Assembly (NCBI RefSeq): GCF_006345805.1
Contig: NC_043005.1
Location: forward strand, 41,602,001-41,666,000
Length of the DNA: 64,000 nt
Direction: 5' to 3'
Origin: Octopus sinensis
Lineage: Eukaryota
In this document: positions 51,921-64,000 of the stretch, piece after piece
How the letters are laid out: each line of letters opens with the position of its first letter
Position numbering within the stretch: the first letter of the stretch is position 1
Translations under genes and position numbers: made by a program
Notes under the pieces: model-generated
Seen by the model: the letters and a program-made list of their open reading frames with translations, nothing else
Database searches by the model: none
Told to the model about the DNA's origin: nothing

Positions 51921-51954
<34 letters not shown>

Positions 51955-51988
51955 ATATATATATATAATATATATATATACATATATA

Positions 51989-52044
<56 letters not shown>

Positions 52045-52344
52045 TTGTGAGTGTGTGTTTACATTTTGTGTCTGTTTGTGGTATTATCGACACGTCAGGT
52101 TTTGGTTTTACATACAAACATACATACAAACATTTATATCTCCCAATATATATATATATATTTGTAGTTCCATAAGGGAGTATGTTTCTATTTCATCTTT
52201 TGGACACTCAGATTTCTGAAGGTTTACTTCTGTCGTAGATTATAAATAAGTGTAAGTAAAGAGTGCACACTTTGAGAAAAGCTCTTGCAAGAGTAACTAG
52301 TATTTTAAATCTCTCCGTAGATTGGTCAAGCAACATAGAATATA

Positions 52345-53864
52345 CACTGAACCGCAAAAGAAACGCGAGACGTGTGTGACTATGAAATATGTTTTAATTT
52401 CAATATGTCAGAAATAAATTTTGATAAATCTGATAAAGTCAATTTCCTGGATGCACTTTGACCACAGTCTATGGGTCGTTGTCATGTGTTCTAGCAGTGG
52501 GTGTATCCAGTTCATCGAGACTGTAGGGCGCGACATGTTCAATACTGTGTATGCCCTCCCTGCGTGTTCAAAACGGCCATACACCGTCGGTACAAAGAGT
52601 GCATGAGGCGGTTCTCAAAAGCCATGGGCACCTGTGCCCATACCCTGAGGAAAGCTGTCGCCAGTTCCGCAGGAGTTATCGGCCTTAGGACCACCTGATT
52701 CAGCCGTCTCTGGATTTCATCCCACAAGTGTTCAATTGGGATCAAATCCGAGCCGAGAGCCGTCCACAGCATGGTTCTGATGTTGTGTTGATGCAGGAAG
52801 TCCATGATGACGCTAGCCGTGTGGGAGGGAGCATTGTCCCGCTGAAACACGTGGCTATGGTAACGTGCGAAGAAGGGCAAGATGTGAAGTCTTAGGATCT
52901 GATCAAGTAGCGATGTGCTGTGATGCCGTTCCCTTTGCATGCACCAACATTTTGGAACACATAGAGTCCAGTTTTCTGATTCAAGCCTATAGCACACCCC
53001 AAACCATGATGCTTTGACCACCCCACGCGTCTCTATGACACATGCGTCTCTGTAACGTTCATCCTTCCTACGCCACACTCTCACTCTGCCATCTGAGATG
53101 GAAACACAGTACCAGCTTACGTCAGAGAAGACTATCGACCTCCATTGTTGATGCCGCCAATGTCAGTGGTGTGTAGCCCAATATAGTCGTGTCTGACGGT
53201 GGTGGGCAGTGAGGACAGGTCCTCGAACAGGACGACGGCAACGCAGGTTGTTGGCGGCCAGTCGACGTCGTACCGTGTCGTCGCTGATGGGTCGCTGTCC
53301 AGTGCCTGTGCTTTCGCGATCTGTCATACTGGCTGGTCTGAAGCGATCACGGAGATGTTGCAGGTGGATGAAGCGGTCCTGCCTGGGCGTGGTCACTCAG
53401 GGGCACCCTCTGCGGCAAAGTCTGTCGTATCGCTGTTGCAGACGATAGGTGGTGTTGATATAGACATTGTAGCTTTCACAACAGCCAAGGCACGCTGCCC
53501 TGCTTGCAATCAGCCGATAGCTTGTTCTCCCTGCGCTGCTGACAATCGGTTCATAACTGACGCGTCCAAATTACGAATGTCAAGAACGTGATTCAAGTTG
53601 ATTTTTCTACCAATAACCTCCATGAGATGCACATGCACTTCAGTTTCCATGACAATTGTTTCTGACTACCACCCACAGCATTCAACAAAGCTGCGTTTTT
53701 GGCGTCGCATTTCAGGGAAAGTTAAAAGGTTACCTGAAATTTGGGTCTCAGCCATAAACCAGCATGTCTTGAAATATTTACACTTACATCACCGAAATGA
53801 ATTTTCAGAATCTAACATATAAAAATGACATTTGAAAAAATCGCGTTTCTTTTGTGGTTCAGTG
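52345..53864 (-). mobile_element. Full-length Tc1 transposon (1520 bp, DD34E), inactivated
   Basis: 24-bp TIRs CACTGAACC(G/A)CAAAAGAAACGCGA with TA on both sides; transposase 53554-52539 with MNRLS..TTPRQDRFI..VFSDV..FQRDNAPSH..PIEHLWDE..GGHTQY; 34 residues between second D and E; internal stop and frameshifts. Confidence 0.96.
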
Positions 53865-54904
53865 TATAGTTACCTATAAATATTAATATATCTCACCATA
53901 CTGTAACAAGTACAAATATACAACAAAAAACGCCTATTATAAAACGTATTGTTGTAAGCATTTGTCATTAATTTCATTGTTTAAAGCGGCGAGTGGTAGA
54001 ATAGTTAGAATGTTGAACTAAACGGTTAGTGGCGGTTAGTGGCATTATTTCAACTCATTACTTTCTAAGACAAAATATCACCGCGGCCAAATTTTCCTTT
54101 GGACCTTTTTTGGGGGCTGATAAAATATTATAGCTCTCAAGTCCTCCCTCCCCACAAAACTGCTAGCTTTGCTTTACAGTTACTATCATTCAACTGAGAT
54201 AAGTTCTTAAATTTTATAGACACTATGTTATCCGAAAGTTATTGGGTACGATATATCTGAACGATGTAGTTAGCAATGTTATTAATATAATACATTGCTC
54301 ACGGCTTCAGTTGATCTATTACTGTTCAATAGGCTTGTCATTTCATTATAACTCTTTCTTATTTCTAAACTAGTATACTTGAGAGGTTATACATACATAG
54401 TTACATATAACAAGAGTTTTGGGGTTAGCGGGAAGTAATTGTCTTGCCCAAAGACAATGTAATACGTATGTAACGAATTCATTCTGGAGAATAGGATTTC
54501 TTTTGAGATCAAGAACACGTTTAAAACTATAGAAATACAACCGACAAAAGACAGCATCTTATGCATCTTATACAAATTAAACTCCATCTACCGAGTAGCA
54601 AATACCTAAATTAGTACTACACCAAACAATCATCACAGTTGGAATGTATATCTTCTCACTATCTTTTCTTAGTTTGCTGTAACAGTCTTTACTCCTCCGA
54701 AATTGAAGAGATGACTCGAGGCAATTTTTATCTAAATACAGTTAAAACGTTCCTCACTTCTTTAATCTAGAATTCATATTAAACACTTTCTTCAATAGTT
54801 TTCTCGCAGAAATGCATACACCCGATCTTCCCCTCATTGTTAGTTGCTATTTTGTCTCCAGTCAAGAAAATGAAAGATTTCTAATTTCTTCTTATGAACC
54901 ATAT

Positions 54905-55276
54905 TGATTTCAAATTTTGACACAAGGTCAGCAGATGGGGTAAATCGGTTAAATTGACCCCAGTGCTATCGATCTCGAAGGGAATTTAAACTTAGAATAT
55001 AAAGACACACGAAATGCCGCTAAACATTTTTCCCGGCGTGCTAATGATTCTTATTTCTTTATTGCCCACAAGGAACTAAATATAGAAGGGACAAACAAGG
55101 ACAGACAAAACGATTACATCGACCCCAGTGCGTAATTGGCACTTAATTTATCGACCCCAAAAAGATTGAAAGGTAAAGTCGACCACGGTGGAATTTGAAC
55201 TCAGAACGTAACGGCAGACGAAATCCTGCCAAGCATTTCGCCCGGCGTGCTACCGTTTTTGCCAGCTCGCCGCCTT
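54905..55276 (-). mobile_element. SINE family B 1.5-mer composite
   Basis: Unit with long tail joined at GAAATA|AGAATC to an older unit; near-identical TATGAAC(C/T)ATATT flanks the composite. Confidence 0.82.
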
Positions 55277-58089
55277 CTGTATGAACTATATTAAACTCAC
55301 CTTATTATCTTTACATGTTCAAGAGGTTTAATAAAGTATATGAAGTGTTTTTCCTCCCCAGGGTAACCACTGAAGAACTGATTAAAATGTCTTAATATTT
55401 ACACGAGTTATAATTGTTTATTATGTACGTTATTTGTCGTTGGCTTTGTTATTATATACTTGAAGCCCCTCGTAACAAAAGTTTCAAGGTGTTATGAGAA
55501 ATATTTTAATGTTACAACAACATAATGAAGAAATTACTGTATGTGTTGTCTTCTATTTTTTAAATATTCATATTGTCTCGAAGTATTAACTTTGGAATCA
55601 CTTAGTCATCGTCAACTGCGCAGCTTGCTAAAGTTATGAGCATTAACACGTTTTCACTTGATTGATGATGTCCCCTACCTAACTACGAGATAAAAGAGTT
55701 GTCGAGAACCACTGAGCTATACAGCGAACGTGATGGAAATTATACAATTCACTATTTTAAATACACTGAATTACAAAGAGCATTAATAGAAATCCCTGCT
55801 GATAACACGAAGTTAGTATTTTGTCAACTTTTCTGCAGTTCACACTAGAGCTTTTTTTCATTGAATTTAACAAAAGGGTAGGATATTGAAACATTAAACA
55901 ATTTTGATTGTAAAGAACAAGGTGAGATAATATGTCTACACGAACGAAAAATCTAAGTTATAATGTTTCAAGAACACTATTATATCGTCTCAGACTATCA
56001 TATGGTATATATGTAAAAGTATAATGCCTGAATAAGATAATAAATAACAAAAAGATTTTCTTTTCAACGTGATAAGCGAATTAGTGCAAAATCCAAAAAT
56101 TACGGACCAATATACTTTTCATATTCCTTCAAAGATGTTCTGTATGTGCGCAAATAAAAAGGAAATTATTGGGGCTACAATAGCCTATTTTTGTTACCAT
56201 ACTATCTTAGTAAGGTATGGAGAAATAGAAGTTATTAATTGATGAATTGTTAACAAATAATAATTATATATTGTATTCGATTTATTGAACTTCAGGGTTA
56301 AGAAAAATATATGTTTATCATTCAACAGGATAACCACAAATCAAATTTGTCGATATCTCGTGAAAAAATATAGCATAAAATACTTGTCATGCTATTTTGG
56401 ATTTTCAATATGAAACCTAGTATAGTACACCTACTAACCAGTTGATTCCTATTGATTTCTCAGAGAACCCTCTGTTGGCATTGAATTATAGATTACAAGT
56501 TTTTCTCTGCCTTTTTAACTTCCATAGTGTGGGTTGGGAAGATAAACATGATAGCAGTGTAATTTGCTTTTATGACTATTAGAACTATTTTTATTTTAGT
56601 GAAGCTTTTTTTAAATATGTTCTTTTAAAACTATGAAAAACATGTTAGAATTTAGATTGAAAGGGTCAAAGGAGAGCAATATATATTGGACTGAAGGGCA
56701 AGTGTAAAATGCTTCATATTACTTTTATGTTTAACCCAAGTACATGATATTCAATGAGATAGAAATTTCACTACAATTAATTAAGTAAATATCCCAAACA
56801 TCTGTCAGTAAACAAACGGTGATCCTTTTACACTGGATGTTGTAAATGTATTCTTAATGTAAGTTAATTAGGTAAGGGAAATTCTAGTTAAATTGTTCAT
56901 AAAATCCCTGTGCTAAGTGCAGAACTATGCATAAAATAAACGATCACAATATGCTTATAAACACACATAGAAGCACACATACGTATATAGAAGTACATAA
57001 AAGGACATATATGCATGTGTGTGTGCAGATACAGGTATATTCGAGCAAATGTACATACAATCTCTTGAGTAAAGGAATAATTATTTCAGTCTGTAGACAC
57101 ATTTTCGCGAAAGTGTTAACAACAACCACACAACAACAACAAAGAAGTTAATAAAAAGACAAACGTCTATTTTCTGTCTCGTACACAGCGAAGGAATAAT
57201 AATATACAACTCCGAACTACTTCAGGAACACGGCTATTTTGATGTACGCAGCAAGTTTCTCGTTATACGATATATCTCACAATAAAAATAAAACAATTTG
57301 ACCCCCAACCTAAAGTGCATCTTCATAAAAACTATAAACGTATAGGCTTGGATATATCACTGAAAATAACTAATATTAAATAGTAATCTATAGCCGCAGT
57401 TAAATGTATCCGTGTTTACTTGCATGTGTATGTGTACATGTAAGGAAATACAAGAAAATTATTATCACTTAAATCGAAAATCTACAATGCTAAGGTACAC
57501 AATTGTCACACACAGAAATACATACATGATACACGTACACACACACACATGCACAAACACACGCAATCACACACACATCCTATTCCTATCTCCTATATCC
57601 ACATACAAAAACGTGCAAATAGCTTTAAATATCTTCAAATCCGAACATGTAAAATAATAACAAAAAAGTATAAATTTAAACAGAAATATTGTCCACTAGG
57701 AAAATTCAATAAGTTACCATTAAGAACACCAATAAAGTCAATTTAGAAACAAATTTAGAAGAGATTTAGATTTTGCGTGTAAACTCCTCCCACCCCGATC
57801 AAAATAGCTTTGTTATTCTAAACTGACGTAAACCGTAAGTACACACAAGAAACTATTTTGACAAAGTAGAATATTATAGAAATTCTAACAGAATATCAAG
57901 AAATGTTAGCGATTATATATATTGGCATCTCAAATATCTGAGTTATAAAAGAAGTACAAAAGTATAGTAATTGTAATTCGAATCTAAATTAATCTCAGAA
58001 ATGAACCAGAGGATGAAATGTAATACTAAGTTAATGTCACTTCTAAAAATCAGGATGCAAATGAAGGACTACAAGACTACGGAAACTGA

Positions 58090-58310
<221 letters not shown>

Positions 58311-58398
58311 TAATGCTATAATGAATCCATAAATACATATGTCTGTGTTTGCCCTTTCCATCATTGCCTAAAACTGGTGATGGTGTGTTCACGTCCTA

Positions 58399-59920
58399 TA
58401 AGTGACAACCGTAACTTTGAGACTCAGTCTCAACTCATGGCTCGCCAATTCATCCTACGTCGATATCCCCTCACCACTATCCACACTACCCTTGTCAGGG
58501 CACGATCTGTGGACTGTGCCTCTGCTCTCTCTCCTCGCACCCACCCCACCGTTGCTCGTCTCCCGTTTGCCCTCACCTACCACCCTGTTCCACCTTGCTC
58601 CTCCAGTACACCATTGTCCGAGTCTTCCGGCGACTCTAGTCCGAACCCTCCACCTCGCACATCTTCCCCAACCTACACCTTCCCTACTTCCAACGAGCTC
58701 ATTACCTACGTGACCGCCTAGTCCAAGGTTTCTTCCCTAATCCCACCTCCTAGCCTGGCTCATTCCCCTGCTTCTACCCACGCTGTCACACCTGCCCCTA
58801 CTTCTCCAACACCACCATCCTCACAGGCAACCATCATCGTCCCTACCACATCACCAACTCCTTCACCTGCACTTCTAATAACGTCATTTACTGCGCCTCC
58901 TGTTTTCTCTGTCCTTCCCTATACATCGGCCAAACGGAACGCCACATAGCTGACCGATGCGTGGAGCACCTCCGAGATATCAGATTCGGCAATGACACCC
59001 CGTTCTTGCGCCATTTCCGTTCTACCGGTCATTCGCTGCCACATTTGTCTGTATTCCGACTGTTTTTGCCGTGAACTGAAATTAATCTTGTCTAATCGCT
59101 ACTTTGCGCCACATCGGCTCAACTCACCTCCTCACTTAATTTGACACCAACCTCACCTCCTTTCTTCGTTTGATACTGACACACACCACTCCACACACAC
59201 TAGCACTGATCACTTCCCAGCACCCACATCACACACCATCCATACACCCACACACAATCTTCAAAGGCGTCAGCACACATACCACTATATGAGCAGCCAC
59301 AAACACTGTTCAACTTAGAACACACTCCAAACACCATCATGCACACTCCCACACCCACACAAACTCACAGCATCTGAACACAGACTATATATACATACAC
59401 ACGCAACATGCATTAATACACGCAGCATACATAGACAAAGATAACTTTCGCCCACATATATACACCATATACATACACACTGTTTGGTGATAGACAAAGA
59501 CACACACACACACACACAAGCACACACACACGTTACACACGCACACACATATGTCAGAGTCACTCGCTCCTATTCACACATACACACTTACACACTCACA
59601 CACTTTATTCTTAAATATACACTCGCGCACGCACACCTCTTGTGATAACTAGCACTTTATTATCTCCCTTTCATTCAACCTGTTTTTTTATTATCTCCCT
59701 TTCTTTCAAACTCTTTTTTTTTTCAAATCATACACAATGTTGGACCGCTGAAGTTTTTTTTTTAATCTCTCTCTGTTTATTTTCTCTTATTCCTTTCTGT
59801 TGAAGAGCGTAGACTCGAAACGTAAAAGATTTTGTCATTTTTTTCCACAAGCATCAAGCTAATACACTTGTTTGTTATTCATACACCTGTCTTCGTCTTT
59901 TGTTTCTCCATAAATTTCAA

Positions 59921-59930
<10 letters not shown>
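58399..59930 (+). mobile_element. Decayed Penelope-like element (Neptune/Naiad-type): RT thumb, GIY-YIG endonuclease and CA-rich 3' region
   Basis: FILRRYPLTTI..RLPFALTYHP, then CFYPRCHTCPY..FTCTSNNVIYCASCFLCPSLYIGQTERHIADRCVEHLRDIR..RHF (VIY...YIG of GIY-YIG with the CxxCxxC linker); frameshifts. Confidence 0.9.
59793..59828 (+). ncRNA. Minimal type I hammerhead ribozyme motif with variant core (CUGUUGA)
   Basis: Stem I CTTT/AAAG; core CTGTTGA (59797-59803); stem II GAG..CTC; GAAA; palindromic stem III ACGT; GUA cleavage triplet ending 59824; lies in a PLE 3' region, where such motifs are known to occur. Confidence 0.6.
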
Positions 59931-59976
<46 letters not shown>

Positions 59977-60284
59977 CAGATCCAAACATAAAACACGCGC
60001 AGTTTGTGCACCCAGGTGTGACTTTGACGATGCGTTGTGTATTCTATGGGTAGTTGTGGATGTGTGCATAACTGAAAGCATAAATCCGTAACTACGTATA
60101 TGTCAGTACACATTGTTGGTACATTGGTGTGCTATACCTGACTCTACTTTGCTTCCTTTGTTATTAAACACTTCCATTCTATTGGACCCTGAAAATAATT
60201 TACATATATATATATACATGTGTGTGGTGTGTGTGTTTGTGTGCCTGTATATACATGATAATGATATTTTCTAACTATAGGCAC

Positions 60285-60468
60285 AAAGCCTGAATTTGGT
60301 GGGTGACAAGTCAATTACATCGACCCCATTGCTGAACTTATTTTATCAAACCCAAAATGATAAATGGTGAGGTCGACTTCGACGGATGCTGAACTCAGAA
60401 AATAATGGCAGATGAAATGCTGCTAAGCATTTTGTCCAGCGTACTAACGATTCTGCTAGTTCACTGCC
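60285..60468 (-). mobile_element. SINE family B, degenerate
   Basis: GATTACATCGACCCC..GAACTCAGAA..GAAATGCTGCTAAGCAT..GATTCTGCTAG. Confidence 0.75.
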
Positions 60469-60532
<64 letters not shown>

Positions 60533-60533
<1 letters not shown>

Positions 60534-61385
60534 CAGAGGGGTTTATCATAGCAGCTCAAGATCAATGCCTACCAACAAGAAACTACCAGGCCAACATATT
60601 ACAGAACGGCAGTAGCCCAACATGTGTATGCCGACAACAAAATGAAACCATTGATCATGTTGTCTCCAAATGTAGTCTTCTAGCGCCTACAGAGTACCTC
60701 AACAGGCATGATAGAGCTGCACAATATATTCACTGGGTAATTTGCAAAAACCTGGATTTGCCCCTTGAAAAAAACTGGTGGGAACACAATCCACCTCCAG
60801 GGCTTGAAAATGACCACATCTCACTCCTCTGGAACTTCACCATTCAAACTGACAGGAAGATAGATGCAAATAGGCCAGACATTATATTGAAAGACTTCAG
60901 ACAAAGAACATGCCTCCTCATTGATATGACTGTCCCAATCGATATAAACGTATCTGTCAAGACCTACCAAAAACTGAGCAAATATAAAGATCTTGAAATA
61001 GAAATCAACAAAATGTGGAAGCTGAAGACTAAAACAATACCTGTTGTCATAGGTGCCCTGGGAATGATAGCGAAAGGGACTGATTGCTACCTAACTCAGA
61101 TACCAGGAAACCCCAAAATGGCAGAAATTCAAAAGATAGTGCTCATATCCTACGGAAAATACTCTCTATGTAATCCCAAGGTTTAAAACAAACTTTTTAT
61201 TTATTTATTTTTTTTTTTTAAATTTTATTTTTATGTATTAGACATTCACTAGTACAACACCAAAAAAAAAACAAAACAAAAAAAAACAAATATATGGCAC
61301 AGAACTTCCAACCTGTTGTCTCTTGAAGTCTCTGGGTGAGACTTGGAGCCAACTTGTACAGATATAAAGCAAAAGTCAAACATAG
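60533..61385 (+). mobile_element. R4/Dong-clade non-LTR retrotransposon 3' fragment, family 1
   Basis: Open frame 60533-61186: TEGFIIAAQDQCL..CVCRQQNETIDHVVSKC (CCHC), RHD, LWNFTIQTDRKIDANRPDII..LIDMTVP..KLSKYKDLEIEI (restriction-like endonuclease); about 200-bp 3' UTR; bounded by (TAA)n. Confidence 0.92.
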
Positions 61386-61435
61386 AATAATAATAATAAT
61401 AATAATAATGATATTAATAATAATAATAATAATAA

Positions 61436-61991
61436 AGAGACGCCACGACAATATAGCCAGGCTTGTCCATTGCACACTTTGCAACAAGTATGGACTTGAC
61501 AAAAATTGGTTCGAGCACAAACCCGAAGGCATCGTCAAAAATAAAAAATTAAAAAGATCCTATGGGATTTTATGATTCAGTGCGACCATGAGATAGAGAA
61601 TAGGAAGCCAGTCTTAATTGAGAAAGAAAACAAACTATGCTGGATCATAGACATAGCATGCCCAGCTGACAACAAGGTGTGCGATAAGGAAGAAAGAAAA
61701 TTTGAGAGATATGACAGTCTAGCTTAGGAGGTTAAACAGTTGTAGTCGATGAAAAAGGTAACAGTAGCACCAATAATTGTCGGAGACCTGGAAACAGTGA
61801 GCAAAAATCTCGAGAAGTACGTGAAACAAATAGGGGCTGCATTAAGGGTGGAGCACTTGCAGAAAACAGCACTGCTTGGAACCGCCCAAATACTCCGGAA
61901 GGTGCTCGAAAAATAACAGGTGTTACCTTAGTTCACTGGTAGTGAACAGCTGACACTGTAGTACATCTCCAGCGTTAGAAGCTGTGCAAAG
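61436..61991 (+). mobile_element. R4/Dong-clade non-LTR retrotransposon 3' fragment, family 2
   Basis: RRHDNIARLVH..WFEHKPEG..ILWDFMIQCDHEIENRKP..IIDIACP..LQKTALLGTAQILRKVLEK*; stops and frameshifts; different 3' UTR; bounded by (TAA)n. Confidence 0.9.
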
Positions 61992-62007
61992 TAATAATAG
62001 TAATAAT

Positions 62008-62100
62008 CATAGCAGTAGTAGTAGTGGAGGTAGTAGTAGAAGTAGTAGTAATAGTAGTAGTAATAGTGGTAGTTGCAGGAGCAGCAGGAGCAGCAGTAGC

Positions 62101-62141
<41 letters not shown>

Positions 62142-62154
62142 CAGGAGCAGCAGG

Positions 62155-62195
<41 letters not shown>

Positions 62196-62222
62196 TAGTA
62201 TAGTAGTAGTAGTAGTAGTAGG
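62008..62222. repeat. Compound (AGT)n/(AGC)n microsatellite
   Basis: Direct tandem trinucleotides. Confidence 0.95.
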
Positions 62223-63049
62223 GATAACTATAATCCTATATGATTGATATAAATTTAATTTTGTTGACTAAAGTTAGATCAGGTGACTACTGAGTTTCTC
62301 TACATAAATATATGTAGTTTGACTTAGACCCCTGCATTTAAATAATTCTTTAAAGGAATTTTTTGATCTCGATTTAGTTCAAGAACTTAAAGCGTCAGAA
62401 TGAGGGCTTTTATATATATGATGCTGAACTTTCCACAAAGCTCCACTTAATAATGTGCAGTATATCGCTGTCGTTTAGCTTCCAGATATGGCTTGAAAGC
62501 TTTGTGGCGTTCTTTTTGTGTACGCGCCTGAGAGAAGATTGATGGTTGGAACGTCTCATTTTAAAGACATGTTCGCACAGATCAGTGTATTTTTTTCTTT
62601 CGGTCCCTTTATCTTTTGGAAAATGATCTAACCCACCTAGCTAGGTCAAGTGGGCGAGATTCCTATTTAGAATCCTGAAGTTGTAACTACGCGATTTGAC
62701 CGTCTCTCGCAACCGTAATTGTGCACTGAAGATTTACAAGCTCACTATTGACACTTACATTACTGTCATTCTCTGCTGTACACACTCATAATTAACAATA
62801 TTCTGTTTTTTGTTTTGTTTTATATTGTGCATTTTGTTACACAAATCACACTGATTAAAGGGATGTAATTTAGCTTTCAAGAACAGAAATAATCCACTTC
62901 TTAGAATACTTCGTTTTCTTTTTCAACGTCACTCCTACTAAGCAGCTATGAGGCATCAGTCTCAATGATTGCCGAATCGTACATGCATGGACATGCAGCT
63001 AAATATTGTACTTTTCGAGTATGAAGCTTAAAGTAGCTCTCCCATAACT

Positions 63050-63115
<66 letters not shown>

Positions 63116-63493
63116 ATACATGTGTGAAAAGTTGAATTAAATTTCGTCCTTTAATTTGGAGGAGTCCCCAAGAAGATTTCTAATACAGTTTCTTCATATT
63201 TTGCTGGTAGCTTACTCGCGTGAGTATGCGAATATGAAAATAATACTTGTATATGGTATGTTGTGAATCTATGGAAAGGAATCCCATAAACCTCAACAAG
63301 TTTGTTAAAAATTGAGAAGAGAAAATATTGAAATGTAAGAGAATTTTAATTCATGCAGACGATCGTTTCGAACAGCGATATAAAAAACATGCAAATTCAT
63401 GGTTGAATAGAAATAATTAAGTTGATTAATTAAATTTAATTATATGTATATAATTTAATTATATGTATATAATTATATGTATATAACGCGTGA

Positions 63494-63829
63494 AGGGGCG
63501 TGGCTCAGTGGTTAGAGCGTCGAGCTTACGATCGTGAGGTTGTGAGCTCGAATCCCGGTCCGGGCTGCGTGTTGTGTTCTTGAGCAAAGCACTTTATTTT
63601 CACGTTGCTCCAGTTCACTCAGCTGTAGAAATGAGTTGCGACGTCACAGGTGCCAAGCTGTATCGACCTTTGTCTTTCCCTTGGATAACATCGGTGGCGT
63701 GGAGAGGGGAGGCTTGTATGCATGGGCGACTGCTGGTCTTCCATAAACAACCTTGCCCGGACTTGTGTCTAGGAGGGTAACTTTCTAGGTGCAATCCCAT
63801 GGTCATTCATGACCGAAGGGGGTCTTTAC

Positions 63830-63832
<3 letters not shown>
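63494..63832 (+). mobile_element. SINE family D-type head with a distinct long tail
   Basis: A box TGGCTCAGTGG, B box-like CTCGAATCCC, TGTGTTCTTGAGCAAAGCACTTT..GTTGCTCCAGTTCACTCAGCTG. Confidence 0.82.
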
Positions 63833-63869
<37 letters not shown>

Positions 63870-64000
63870 ATGAGATTACAAAATATATATAAATATATAT
63901 ATAAGTGAGATGACAAAGACAAGCAATTATCTTATGAACTTCATTAGCTTACAGTGCCCGAGTGAAACCTTATAACTTCATCCAGGATGAAGCTATAAGG

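Overview
AT-rich eukaryotic genomic DNA, most likely an octopus (coleoid cephalopod), judged from my recollection of its SINE families and the very high microsatellite density. There is no prokaryotic gene organisation, CRISPR array, rRNA or genuine tRNA gene. Nearly all ORFs in the supplied track are microsatellite or SINE translation artefacts. Contents: (1) about 35 copies or fragments of four tRNA-headed SINE families, called A-D here, plus dozens of microsatellites. (2) Decayed autonomous elements: two RTE/BovB-type LINE fragments, two CR1/L2-type fragments, one full-length and one truncated Tc1 transposon, a hAT MITE with a perfect 8-bp TSD, two Penelope-like (PLE) fragments, and two different R4/Dong-type retrotransposon 3' ends stacked in one (TAA)n tract. 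(3) One credible spliced protein-coding gene on + at about 42.5-47.1 kb (about 243 aa, unknown function). It has a decayed duplicate of part of its last coding exon, an inverted SINE pair in the preceding intron, and a stop codon 17 nt before a canonical short intron. (4) Several long near-perfect hairpins or foldbacks not explained by these repeats. The best leads are a minimal hammerhead ribozyme with a variant core in the PLE tail, the TAA-targeted Dong tandem, the orphan gene locus and the hairpins. I cannot claim a new biological system from sequence alone. All calls were made by eye; SINE boundaries are approximate (about 10-20 bp).
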